64,000 nucleotides of DNA from Candidatus Bipolaricaulota bacterium (GTDB taxonomy: Bacteria > Bipolaricaulota > Bipolaricaulia > UBA7950 > UBA9294). The notes under the pieces were generated by a model. The model had not been told where the DNA came from. It made no database searches and saw only the letters and a program-made list of their open reading frames with translations. Positions 9,509 to 18,189 of this stretch are shown one piece after another. The stretch spans positions 23,573 through 87,572 of the forward strand of contig JANQGM010000008.1 of the NCBI GenBank assembly GCA_028277345.1, read 5' to 3'. The stretch's first letter is position 1, and the number at the start of each line of letters is the position of its first letter. The translations under genes and the position numbers were made by a program.

Positions 9509-10150
9509 GTGGGAAGACGGAGTGAATCGAAAGCGGGTTGCATTCTGAAGACGATTGGATACACGACGACGAATGAAGGCAAGTTTCGCTCTCTCCAGAG
9601 CGCTTTAGAATCGCAGGGGATTCATCTCGTGCAGCGGTCGTTGGAGCTTCCCGAGCTGCGATCGGACGATGTCGTGAGCATCGCCAAGCACAAAGCCACT
9701 GATGCGTTTGCTCAATTGCGAGAGCCCGTGATCGCGTCTGACGCAGGATTCTATATCCCCGCGCTAGCGGGATTCCCCAAGACCTACGTGAACGTCATGC
9801 TCAGAACCATCGGAATTGAAGGCCTGCTCAAGCTCATGGAAGGCAAGGAACGGCAGTGCGAGTTTCTGAACTGCCTCGCCTTCCTCGATGTGGGGTTGTC
9901 CGAGCCGAAGTGCTTCATCGAGCGCTATGCGGGGACGCTTTCTCAAGAGCCTCGGGGCGAACACTGCAGCTACATGTGGTCCGAACTCTCTCTCATCTTC
10001 ATCCCCGAAGGCGAGGATCGAACTCTGGCTGAGATGGATGCCGAAGAGTATCGAAGTTGGGCGGCTACGGCGAGGGCGAAAGCGGGAGTAGAGAGGGAGC
10101 TTGCTTGCTGGATTCTGAGCGAGCGGTGCGAAAACGGGACAGCCACGTGA
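9509..10150 (+). CDS. Ham1/ITPase-family non-canonical purine NTP pyrophosphatase-like protein
   Basis: TTNEGKFRS, ELPELRSDD and ASDAGFYIPALAGFPKTY resemble the Ham1 pattern. GTG start. Confidence 0.65.
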   Translation: MGRRSESKAGCILKTIGYTTTNEGKFRSLQSALESQGIHLVQRSLELPELRSDDVVSIAKHKATDAFAQLREPVIASDAGFYIPALAGFPKTYVNVMLRTIGIEGLLKLMEGKERQCEFLNCLAFLDVGLSEPKCFIERYAGTLSQEPRGEHCSYMWSELSLIFIPEGEDRTLAEMDAEEYRSWAATARAKAGVERELACWILSERCENGTAT

Positions 10151-10365
10151 ATAGACTGATAGAATGCCGGGCATCCATTGACGACCGACCGTACGCTATC
10201 TGGCAACATCCATGCGCTGTTTACGAAATCGAAGCTCCTGACGATCCAACCAGCAAGAAGTCCCGGCGCTTCGGAGCGTCGCCCATTGGGTAAAATGCGA
10301 ACGTAGACCAATCAACGTCAGTAGCCCCGTGTTAGTTAACTTGAAGGGAGGAGGTGTCAGAGATC

Positions 10366-10962
10366 ATGGAAATTGTGCAACCACTGCCAGAACCTCAGAT
10401 CGATCTTGAGTTTCCTTTGATGAAAGCGTTGGAGAAGCGACGGACGATTCGAAAATGGCGAGACACACCACTATCGCATCAAGATATCTCCAATCTGCTT
10501 TGGGCCGCTTGTGGCATTACGAAACAAGCAACCGGGAAATCGAAAAGCAAGAGAACGGCTCCATCGGCGTGTAATTCCCAAGAGGTCCGAGTCTATCTAA
10601 TTCTGAAACAGGGTGTATTCGCTTACGACGAGGGAGAGCACAAACTGATCGCGAAAAGCTCTAAGGATCTTCGTGCGTTTGTGGGTACACAGAAGATGAT
10701 GCAGTCTGCGCCTCTTGGACTTGTCTTTGTCGCTGATCTATCGAGGATGACAGCCAGAATCTTCAAGAATGAGGAAGCGCAAAGGTTTTGCGCTTGGGTT
10801 GATACCGGCTACATAAGTCAGAACGTCTACTTGTATTGCGCTGCCGCGAATCTCGGAACGGCAGCTTTGGGATGGGTAAACAGAGATAAACTTCACCAAG
10901 AAATGGAGTTACTGGATCATGAGAAGATTGTGCTAACACAAGTTGTCGGCTACTTGAACTAG
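10366..10962 (+). CDS. nitroreductase-family protein
   Basis: KRRTIRKW...LSHQDISNLLWAACG is a typical nitroreductase N-terminal motif. ATG 10366 lies 12 nt after GGAGGAGG. Confidence 0.8.
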   Translation: MEIVQPLPEPQIDLEFPLMKALEKRRTIRKWRDTPLSHQDISNLLWAACGITKQATGKSKSKRTAPSACNSQEVRVYLILKQGVFAYDEGEHKLIAKSSKDLRAFVGTQKMMQSAPLGLVFVADLSRMTARIFKNEEAQRFCAWVDTGYISQNVYLYCAAANLGTAALGWVNRDKLHQEMELLDHEKIVLTQVVGYLN

Positions 10963-11281
10963 CACCTTAGGTGAATGGAAGAGTCGTCGCCGATCTTTCG
11001 ATCATACTGTTCAGTGTATCGAACTGATTGGTCTGGCAACGATAGTCTGGGGTATGAAACATCGTATTCCCCTGCCCCTTAACGTTGCGCCTATTGTTTC
11101 ACCGCTTACAAGTTGTCCCAATCTTTACTTTGTGGGGCTAACAACCGGTCGCTGGCCTGACACGGAGCGGGCGGGGAATGCCATTAGGGAAAATGATGTG
11201 TCGTCTTTCAATCTACGACAGAGCAGCGATCGTTTCTTGCTTGGGACTGCTTGAGCTCAACGTTGAGGTGTCGTTTGAGAT

Positions 11282-11827
11282 ATGTCGGAATCGTTCAGTG
11301 ATGCATCGGGAAGCAACTCTCAGTACGCTACACTCATGAACATAGAACTCCAATCTATCGGCATCATCCACACACCCTTCACAGAGTTGAAGGGCATGCC
11401 GATTCAACCAGCGGGCGGAGCGGGCGTGCAGGGGACCGTCGAGATTTTTTCGACGTACCGGGAGGGTTTAGCCGATCTTGGTGGATTCTCTCACCTCATC
11501 CTTCTCTATCACTTGCATCGGAGCGATGGCTACAGACTTCGCGTGGTCCCGTTTATGGATACGGTCGAACGGGGGCTGTTTGCGACCCGCGCGCCGAAGC
11601 GCCCCAATCCCATCGGCCTGTCCGTCGTCAAACTTGTTGGGGTCGAAGATGGCACGTTGCAGGTTGAGAATCTTGACGTGCTGGATGGAACCCCCTTGTT
11701 GGACATCAAACCGTTTGTCCCCGAGTTTGATGCACAAGAAAATGTGCGAACGGGCTGGCTAGAGAATGCGCGCAAGCGCGTGGCCGAGAAGCGCTCAGAC
11801 GAGCGCTTCAGCAAGGAGTTCTCATGA
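11282..11827 (+). CDS. trmO: TrmO/TsaA-family SAM-dependent tRNA methyltransferase, copy 1
   Basis: IGIIHTPF, GFSHLILLYHLHRS, ATRAPKRPNPIGLSVVKL and LDGTPLLDIKPFVP. Confidence 0.85.
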   Translation: MSESFSDASGSNSQYATLMNIELQSIGIIHTPFTELKGMPIQPAGGAGVQGTVEIFSTYREGLADLGGFSHLILLYHLHRSDGYRLRVVPFMDTVERGLFATRAPKRPNPIGLSVVKLVGVEDGTLQVENLDVLDGTPLLDIKPFVPEFDAQENVRTGWLENARKRVAEKRSDERFSKEFS

Positions 11828-12288
11828 TCCAACTTGAGCCGATTGGTGTCGTGCGCTCGCCGTTTGCAGAACCGAGTGACGTGCCCCGTTTTGCTGCGGA
11901 CCGTGCCAACGTCAAAGGCACGATTGAGATCTTCGAGACGTTCCGCGAAGGGCTGGAGGATCTCGAAGGATTCTCGCACATCGTCCTCATCTGGCGATTC
12001 CACAAAAGCGAGGAGGCCTCGCTGGATGCGACACCACCGTACGATGTCGGGACGAAGGGTGTGTTCGCGACTCGCTCTCCGCGACGTCCCAATGCCCTTG
12101 GTCTCTCGATTGTGGAGTTGGATACGATTGAGAATGGCTGCGTTCACATCCGCAACTTCGACATGGCCGACGGCACGCCAATTCTCGACATCAAACCCTA
12201 CATCCCGGAGAACATCGATCCAGCCTCCGTTTCTCTTGGGTGGCTGGAGGAAGCACGGAAGGCGGTGTTGGAAAGCCTTACGGACTAG
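11824..12288 (+). CDS. TrmO/TsaA-family protein, copy 2
   Basis: IGVVRSPF, GFSHIVLIWRFHKS, ATRSPRRPNALGLSIVEL and ADGTPILDIKPYIP. ATGA overlap with copy 1. Confidence 0.85.
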   Translation: MIQLEPIGVVRSPFAEPSDVPRFAADRANVKGTIEIFETFREGLEDLEGFSHIVLIWRFHKSEEASLDATPPYDVGTKGVFATRSPRRPNALGLSIVELDTIENGCVHIRNFDMADGTPILDIKPYIPENIDPASVSLGWLEEARKAVLESLTD

Positions 12289-12411
12289 CGTTCATCGATT
12301 CCGAATAGACTGTGAATCACTCAACGTCTTAATCCCTATTCTTTCTCACGGCGATGCGGTTCATACGTTAGTATGTAACACCTTGTATGTTAAAAATGGG
12401 GAGGATGGATC

Positions 12412-15045
12412 GTGAAGCGTCATGCAAAGCGACTGATTCTAGGTGCAACTCTCTTAGCCTGTTTCCTAGCACTATTTGCCGCAGATGAACCTGATCAGGA
12501 GGCTGGCGCAAACGAAGTTCCGCCGCGTGTTGAACGGCTTCGAGGACTTGCAGAAATCTGGGGGATGGTTCATTACTTCCATCCGGCGCTCGATGACCAT
12601 GAACTGCAGGAAGCGTGGAGCCTGGCAACGATTCGGGCGATTCCAGAGGTCGAAGCTGCGGGCACAACGGCGGAGTACGGCAAGGCTCTCCAACTCCTTG
12701 TGTCGAAGCTAGGCGACTCATCCACACGGATTCTGTTCCCAAACGGGAGTACGTACGAGAGATTGCCAATCATCTTGCGCCATGAGGGCGGACGGACGGT
12801 TGTGCAAGCTGCGGGGAAGGATATCGATTATTTGGCCGATTCAATTGTGGGGCGAGAACTGTTGGAGGTCAACGACACAGTTGTGTCGGAGTATCTCGAC
12901 GAGTGGCTCCCCTATGCATCTGGCGAAACTCTGAACCTCAAGTATCAATGGGTCTACGAACGCCTTCTCAGTGCCCCTTCAGGGACTGATATCGTGTTGG
13001 GCTTCATGCAAGAAGACGGCGAGGTTGCTGAACTCCGGAGCCGGATTCCCACTGCAAAAGACTCGCTTGCTTTGATTCCTGAAGTGGAATCCACCGTTCT
13101 CGGAGACAACGTTCTCTGGGTGAAAATCCCTTCACTATGGGCGCTTACCGATAGAGCTGGGGGGTACTTCGGCGGCATTGATCTGAGTGATTATTACACA
13201 AACATCAGAGGAATCTTCACTCGGGAAGCGACGATCATTGACTTCAGGTCTGATGGGCATTCATTCGGTGACCATTTCGTTGCGAGAAGAACGCTTCCTG
13301 CTATGCTCGGGCGCTTCACAAGCCAAGACGCATCAGAAGCGACGGGCATGATGCAGCGCGAGCATCGCGGGCTTGTCCCAGAGGTGGATCTATTTCTGCC
13401 GAGCTACTATAGCTCAGGTTGGCGCACTCGTGATGGCGAGACAATGGGAGAATCGCTTGCGTATCAGTCTCCGCTTGTCTTCCTGATCGATGAGAAAAGT
13501 TATCCAATCGTAATGCCGTATCTCGCCCCGCTCCAACAAAGCTCCCAGGCGATCATCATGGGGGAGATGGGATCTCCTCCGTGTTCCGAACACTACTCGC
13601 ATGGGCTTCCAGGTGGGCTCTCGTTTCTGTTGCGCCTTGATATCCCCAGTTCTACTTCGACAGTGGCGAGTGAAGTTATCCCGGTCCTTCCCAGACAGAT
13701 GACTGGCGATGATGAAGACAGAGCAGATCGTGGAATTGCATTGGCGCTTGCGGCGATTGATGCTTGGAATGAACGTGAAAAAGCGCAGAGTCTTCCGTTC
13801 CCGAGTTTGGGAGTTCCGCTGATGGATGAGAGTTCCATTGGTGCGCTAGGGAGTACTTCAGCAGCAGAAAGGCTGCTTGGATTGTTTGAGATCTGGTCAG
13901 CTGTCAAATACTTCTATGGGTATCCAAAAAGGATCGATGGCGACTGGGATTCACTACTTGAACAATTCATCCCTGTTGTCGAGGTGGAAACGACAGCGGC
14001 GGGCTATGGGCGTGCGATTCAGGAACTGCTAGTTTACCTCAGAGATGCCCATGCGCTTGTCTTCGGGATGCCCTGGGGTTCTGCTGCAATACCCTGGCTC
14101 GACATTCGCGAGATAGAGGGAAAGGCCGTCGTAGTGAGTGACATGCCAATTTATACAGAAGAAGACCTCGCACTCCGTCTTCCCCCAGGGCAAGTGATTC
14201 TGGAGATCAACGGTGAGCCTGTAAGTTCCGTCCTGCGGCGTGTTTTAAAGACAACGCCAGGTGCTACCGAGGCACATCGCAGGTTCAAAGCGCACCAAAC
14301 GTTGCTTCTGGATATGACTTTGCCCGATACAACATTCCGCATTCTTGATGAACAGGACAACGAGCAAGTCGTCAAAGTCTACAGCAGTCGCGTTCCACTG
14401 ATGGCAAATGATGACGGGATGCCATGGACACTCCAAGACGGGATTGCGTACATTGATCTCGGGTTGCTAACTCTTGCGGAATACGCTGAAGCAGAAGACG
14501 TTATCTGGGCATCAGATGGCGTTATCTTGGATCTTCGTGGCGGGATTCAGCCCGGAATCGTATCCGCACTAGCAGATCTCGTCTACGATGAGAGTATCCC
14601 GTATCTCCAAGCGTCAATTCCCGTGCGAGCCACCCCCGATCCGGGGACAGTAGAAGTCTTAACTATCCTGCCCCGACTGTCTCTTGTTACGCCGAGAATG
14701 TTCGGAAAGTCCGTTGTCCTGCTTGCGGATGTTGCTGCAACAAGCTTTGGAGAGACCATAGCGATGTTCCTTCAGGCTTCCGGACGAGTTGTCTTCGTTG
14801 GCGAGACAACGTCTGGAACCAACGGAGACGTGACAGCAGTGAAGCTTCCCCTTGGACTGAGTGCGGTTTTCAGCGGTATGGAAGTGAAGCATGTCGATGG
14901 CCGTCCCTTCCAAGGCATCGGCATCATCCCCGATGTCATCGTTCATCCGACCATCCAAGGCATTCGCGAAGGCAGAGACGAAATCTTTGAGAAGGGACTT
15001 GAGGTCTTGCAAGAGTTGATCGCGGCTCGCCAAGCTGAAGATTAG
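12412..15045 (+). CDS. secreted S41-family peptidase (tail-specific/tricorn-core-like) made of two tandem units
   Basis: 877 aa with signal peptide. The C-terminal unit has VVLLADVAATSFGETIAMFL...FVGETTSGTNG...GIGIIPDVIV. GGGGAGGA precedes the GTG start. Confidence 0.8.
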   Translation: MKRHAKRLILGATLLACFLALFAADEPDQEAGANEVPPRVERLRGLAEIWGMVHYFHPALDDHELQEAWSLATIRAIPEVEAAGTTAEYGKALQLLVSKLGDSSTRILFPNGSTYERLPIILRHEGGRTVVQAAGKDIDYLADSIVGRELLEVNDTVVSEYLDEWLPYASGETLNLKYQWVYERLLSAPSGTDIVLGFMQEDGEVAELRSRIPTAKDSLALIPEVESTVLGDNVLWVKIPSLWALTDRAGGYFGGIDLSDYYTNIRGIFTREATIIDFRSDGHSFGDHFVARRTLPAMLGRFTSQDASEATGMMQREHRGLVPEVDLFLPSYYSSGWRTRDGETMGESLAYQSPLVFLIDEKSYPIVMPYLAPLQQSSQAIIMGEMGSPPCSEHYSHGLPGGLSFLLRLDIPSSTSTVASEVIPVLPRQMTGDDEDRADRGIALALAAIDAWNEREKAQSLPFPSLGVPLMDESSIGALGSTSAAERLLGLFEIWSAVKYFYGYPKRIDGDWDSLLEQFIPVVEVETTAAGYGRAIQELLVYLRDAHALVFGMPWGSAAIPWLDIREIEGKAVVVSDMPIYTEEDLALRLPPGQVILEINGEPVSSVLRRVLKTTPGATEAHRRFKAHQTLLLDMTLPDTTFRILDEQDNEQVVKVYSSRVPLMANDDGMPWTLQDGIAYIDLGLLTLAEYAEAEDVIWASDGVILDLRGGIQPGIVSALADLVYDESIPYLQASIPVRATPDPGTVEVLTILPRLSLVTPRMFGKSVVLLADVAATSFGETIAMFLQASGRVVFVGETTSGTNGDVTAVKLPLGLSAVFSGMEVKHVDGRPFQGIGIIPDVIVHPTIQGIREGRDEIFEKGLEVLQELIAARQAED

Positions 15046-15343
15046 GCGAAGCCTTTTTTCCGGTATCTCATACGCGTATTCCGCGGAGGAGCTTCATGGG
15101 TGGGGCGGCTAACGCGGGAAGATACGCTTGTGATGATTTGGGAACTGTGAAGATGCGGCTAACGATCGCCCTTGTTGTGCGCTTGCGTAACGAGCTATTG
15201 CTTTCCAAATGTCAGTCATTGACAGCTGTCCTGGGATCAGCGCGGTGACTCGAAGATGTAGGGGTAACTTCGATAGGACTAGTCGGATGATTCTGCGTTT
15301 CATGATCGCTGCAGATCGACGGCGCAATCGCTACACTGAGTTC

Positions 15344-15610
15344 ATGGATAGCCAACCGATTTCTGCCGGCGTGGTACACTCCCTGCCGGACGATTTGCGA
15401 GATACTCTGCTCGCTGATCTTGCCGCATTGGATCGATGGGAGGATATCACACCGCTCGCACGGAACGAGTGGATCTGCTGGGTCGAAACCGCGAAGAAGG
15501 AAACGACCCGGCGACGGAGAATCGAAAGAGTGCGGGCGGAGCTCAAGGAAGGAAAGCGCCGCCCCTGCTGTTGGCCCGGTTGTCCGCATCGAGAAAAAAC
15601 GGGCTCATAA
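15344..15610 (+). CDS. YdeI/OmpD-associated (OmdA-like) small protein
   Basis: 88 aa from ATG 15344. ITPLARNEWICWVETAKKETTRRRRIERV...GKRRPCCWPGCPHR matches my memory of this family. Confidence 0.6.
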   Translation: MDSQPISAGVVHSLPDDLRDTLLADLAALDRWEDITPLARNEWICWVETAKKETTRRRRIERVRAELKEGKRRPCCWPGCPHREKTGS

Positions 15611-16360
15611 TCTTGATTCGCTTGATTGCCGGAGCTTAGAGTGAAAGCCCATTCCAACTGCCACGCTGTCGAACGCATTGTTGTAATTCCTATCGTGTGC
15701 AGTCCCAAACAGGGCGACGTTGCATATGGTGTTCGGTGTTAAAGCGTTCTATCTTGGTCATCCGAGGGGAAATGGCAATGTTTTTTCAACGATCGTATGT
15801 GAAATTCGGCGGCATTCGTGTGGCGTTGTGTTCTGGGGCTCTCGCTGGCTGGGCATGCTCTCGATTCAGGGATTTATGAGGGACATTGAACAACTCAACC
15901 GCAGGATACAGACATCGCTCTTTCAATCGATGCAAGAATGGTTGACGTCGGGATCAATGGTGTATGGTGTAGAGAGATCGCGCATGAATGTCCGTATGGA
16001 GAGTTCGCCATCTATCCGCTTCTGTTACTCTCCATCAAGGAGAGAAGCCTTCGGCATGCTATTGGAAGTATGGACATACCATATATTTAATCTCGGGAGC
16101 TGAAAATGACACCACACAAGAGACGGAGGTGGGGTTGTTTCTTCGAGGGTTTTCAAGTTTTCGAAAGTGAAGGACGACCACCATGGAACAATTGAAAGCC
16201 TTTCCCATGCCATTGTCGAAAAAACGATCTCACGAACGCGTGCAAAAGACCAAAACCGCTGTCTCTAGATTTCAGCATACAGTTTGCTTGACGGTTTGTT
16301 GACGAGTGTGAGCGTGTTGCCCGCCATCATGGGCGGTTTTGGCTTCTGACGCAACAAGCG

Positions 16361-16795
16361 TTGTCGAACAAGAGAATGGACGATATGGACGAACGATACG
16401 AATTGAGACGGTATTGCCAAGATAACCTCGGTGATGTGATTTCTGCGATTGGCAAAGATCCGGAACGGGAGTTCATCATTGGTGACGAGGCCAAGCGGGT
16501 GATTTATGCCGATCGTCTCAGAAACAGTGCTTCATATGTCTGTTATTTCGGTGATATTTTCTGTGGCTACATCAGAGCAGTAATAGACGATGGTATGGCG
16601 CTCTACATCAGCGAACTGTTTGTCAAACCCGAGTTCAGAAACAGGAAAATCGGCCAGAGATTGATTGAGATACTAAAAGAGAACCATCGTCCGCATACCG
16701 TTTATGTCCTGTCGGATGAAGACCTGTACTATGAGAAAAAGGGGTACAAAAGGATTGGGTCGGTGTTCGAAATAGAAGATGCGTCGACGGGCTAA
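16361..16795 (+). CDS. GNAT-family N-acetyltransferase
   Basis: LYISELFVKPEFRNRKIGQRLIE is an acetyl-CoA-binding motif A (Q/RxxGxG/A-like). GC is visibly lower than in neighbouring genes. Confidence 0.75.
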   Translation: MSNKRMDDMDERYELRRYCQDNLGDVISAIGKDPEREFIIGDEAKRVIYADRLRNSASYVCYFGDIFCGYIRAVIDDGMALYISELFVKPEFRNRKIGQRLIEILKENHRPHTVYVLSDEDLYYEKKGYKRIGSVFEIEDASTG

Positions 16796-16844
16796 CGCTT
16801 CCAAGAGATGACGGCCCCGTTCGCTTGAGAGGCCGAGAGCATGG

Positions 16845-17012
16845 CTACTTGATGAGTGCTACGGATCCTAGGGGGCACGACCCCAATCCAGCTAACGGTT
16901 TGAACCCCAAGGGTGAGGTGGCAATTCCCGCCGTCGCGATGGCCGAGAAGGCCATGATGGCGGCTAGGCACAGGGCCACGATCAGGGTTCGTCGTTTCAT
17001 GAGATGATGCAT
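16845..17012 (-). CDS. possible small secreted peptide (55 aa; below the track's length cutoff)
   Basis: My translation is MHHLMKRRTLIVALCLAAIMAFSAIATAGIATSPLGFKPLAGLGSCPLGSVALIK. GAGGAGG lies 8 nt upstream of the first ATG. Clear signal-peptide shape with an A-x-A site. Confidence 0.3.
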   Translation of the reverse strand: MHHLMKRRTLIVALCLAAIMAFSAIATAGIATSPLGFKPLAGLGSCPLGSVALIK

Positions 17013-17140
17013 GCTTCTAACCTCCTCGATGTGGTGTGTAACGTCTTACGTCTCTACCTACGCCGTTTGTCGCGATCGGTTTCATGCGGAGGTCGAATCA
17101 GTACAATGGGGATCTCCAAATCGACCGAGGAGGGACTGCC

Positions 17141-17806
17141 TTGCGACTTCTCATCACCGGCTATCCGCCGTTTGACGACTACCCGCTGAATTCGACGCAT
17201 CAGTTGATCGAATCCATGAAGCGCGATCTTCCTCATGACCTGATCGGATGGCGTGAGTCGCTTATCTTTGAGATCGTCGACTTCGATAACACGGATTCGT
17301 CGTCTCAGAAGCGAACGATGTTGAAGAGTTACGAGAAACTCATGGCAAAGCACGATCCGGATGTGTGCGTGTTTTGCGGTCAGGCAGCGTCGCGCACGTG
17401 GGTAACGCTGGAGACAATCGCGATCAACATCTTCAAGGGAGATCGCATCGATCCGGAGGGGCCGCCTGCGTACTGGGCGACGCTTCCCAACCAACCGGAG
17501 CTGGTGGAGACACTCAAGGCTGAGGAGATTCCGGCCAAGCTGTCGCACCATGCCGGAACCCACTTGTGCAACCACATCTTGTACACAGCGCTTCGTGACG
17601 CCGAGCGCGAGGGGAAGAAAAGGGTTGCCGGGTTCCTCCATCTTCCGATGACGGCGAGTCAGGTCATTGCGTGCAAGGAGAATCGCGCCTTCATTCCCGT
17701 ATCGATGATGCGAAAGGCGCTGACGTTGGTGATTCAGCACAGTCTCGCGGGACAGGAGCCTGTCGAGCTGTCAGAGTCATTGTTCAAAGGAGAAGACGAT
17801 GCGTGA
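17141..17806 (+). CDS. pcp: pyroglutamyl-peptidase I (peptidase C15)
   Basis: LLITGYPPF, CGQAASRTWVTLETIAIN and SHHAGTHLCNHILY (Cys/His catalytic regions). TTG 17141 lies 6 nt after GAGGAGGG and is preferred over 17084. Confidence 0.85.
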   Translation: MRLLITGYPPFDDYPLNSTHQLIESMKRDLPHDLIGWRESLIFEIVDFDNTDSSSQKRTMLKSYEKLMAKHDPDVCVFCGQAASRTWVTLETIAINIFKGDRIDPEGPPAYWATLPNQPELVETLKAEEIPAKLSHHAGTHLCNHILYTALRDAEREGKKRVAGFLHLPMTASQVIACKENRAFIPVSMMRKALTLVIQHSLAGQEPVELSESLFKGEDDA

Positions 17807-18182
17807 GTACGAGATCACATTTGAGATTTACGAGGGGAAAGGCGGGCATGGGACAACGGGAGATCCGCGACCGGACTTCGAGAAAGAGGGAATCTGCGCG
17901 TGGATGTACGGATGGGACGAGGAGCCCGGATATCACGTCGGAAAGACGTTCAGCCATCCTGAAGATCTTGGGAAGCTGTGCCCGTGGCTCAGGGACAGCC
18001 TGGCGGGGTTCGTGCGTGCGCTTGAGACCGGCGCCGACCTGCCGTGGCGATATCGCGACACGCCCTATGAAAAGGAAATCGATCCCGATGGCGTGACCAC
18101 AGAATACGTGCGCTGTCCCGATCCGACAGCGTGCGGCATCGTCATCAAGATCACGCGCACGGCGCTGCCTGAAGAGGAATAG
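17799..18182 (+). CDS. hypothetical protein, possibly TIGR04076-like
   Basis: 127 aa. GICAWMY, LCPWLRDSL, LPW and VRCPDP...VIKITR resemble my recollection of TIGR04076. 8-nt overlap with pcp, AAGGAG SD. Confidence 0.55.
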   Translation: MREYEITFEIYEGKGGHGTTGDPRPDFEKEGICAWMYGWDEEPGYHVGKTFSHPEDLGKLCPWLRDSLAGFVRALETGADLPWRYRDTPYEKEIDPDGVTTEYVRCPDPTACGIVIKITRTALPEEE

Positions 18183-18189
18183 GAAGCGG

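Noticed and set aside
15720-16103. 127-aa ORF in the low-GC gap as a real gene
   Set aside because: It has no SD and no recognisable motif, its composition is erratic, and it overlaps other equally poor ORFs. The region is kept as a finding, not a gene.
16361-16795. GNAT gene as a GNAT-toxin/antitoxin module
   Set aside because: There is no small RHH/DUF1778-type antitoxin gene upstream or overlapping. At 144 aa, its size and sequence look like an ordinary acetyltransferase.
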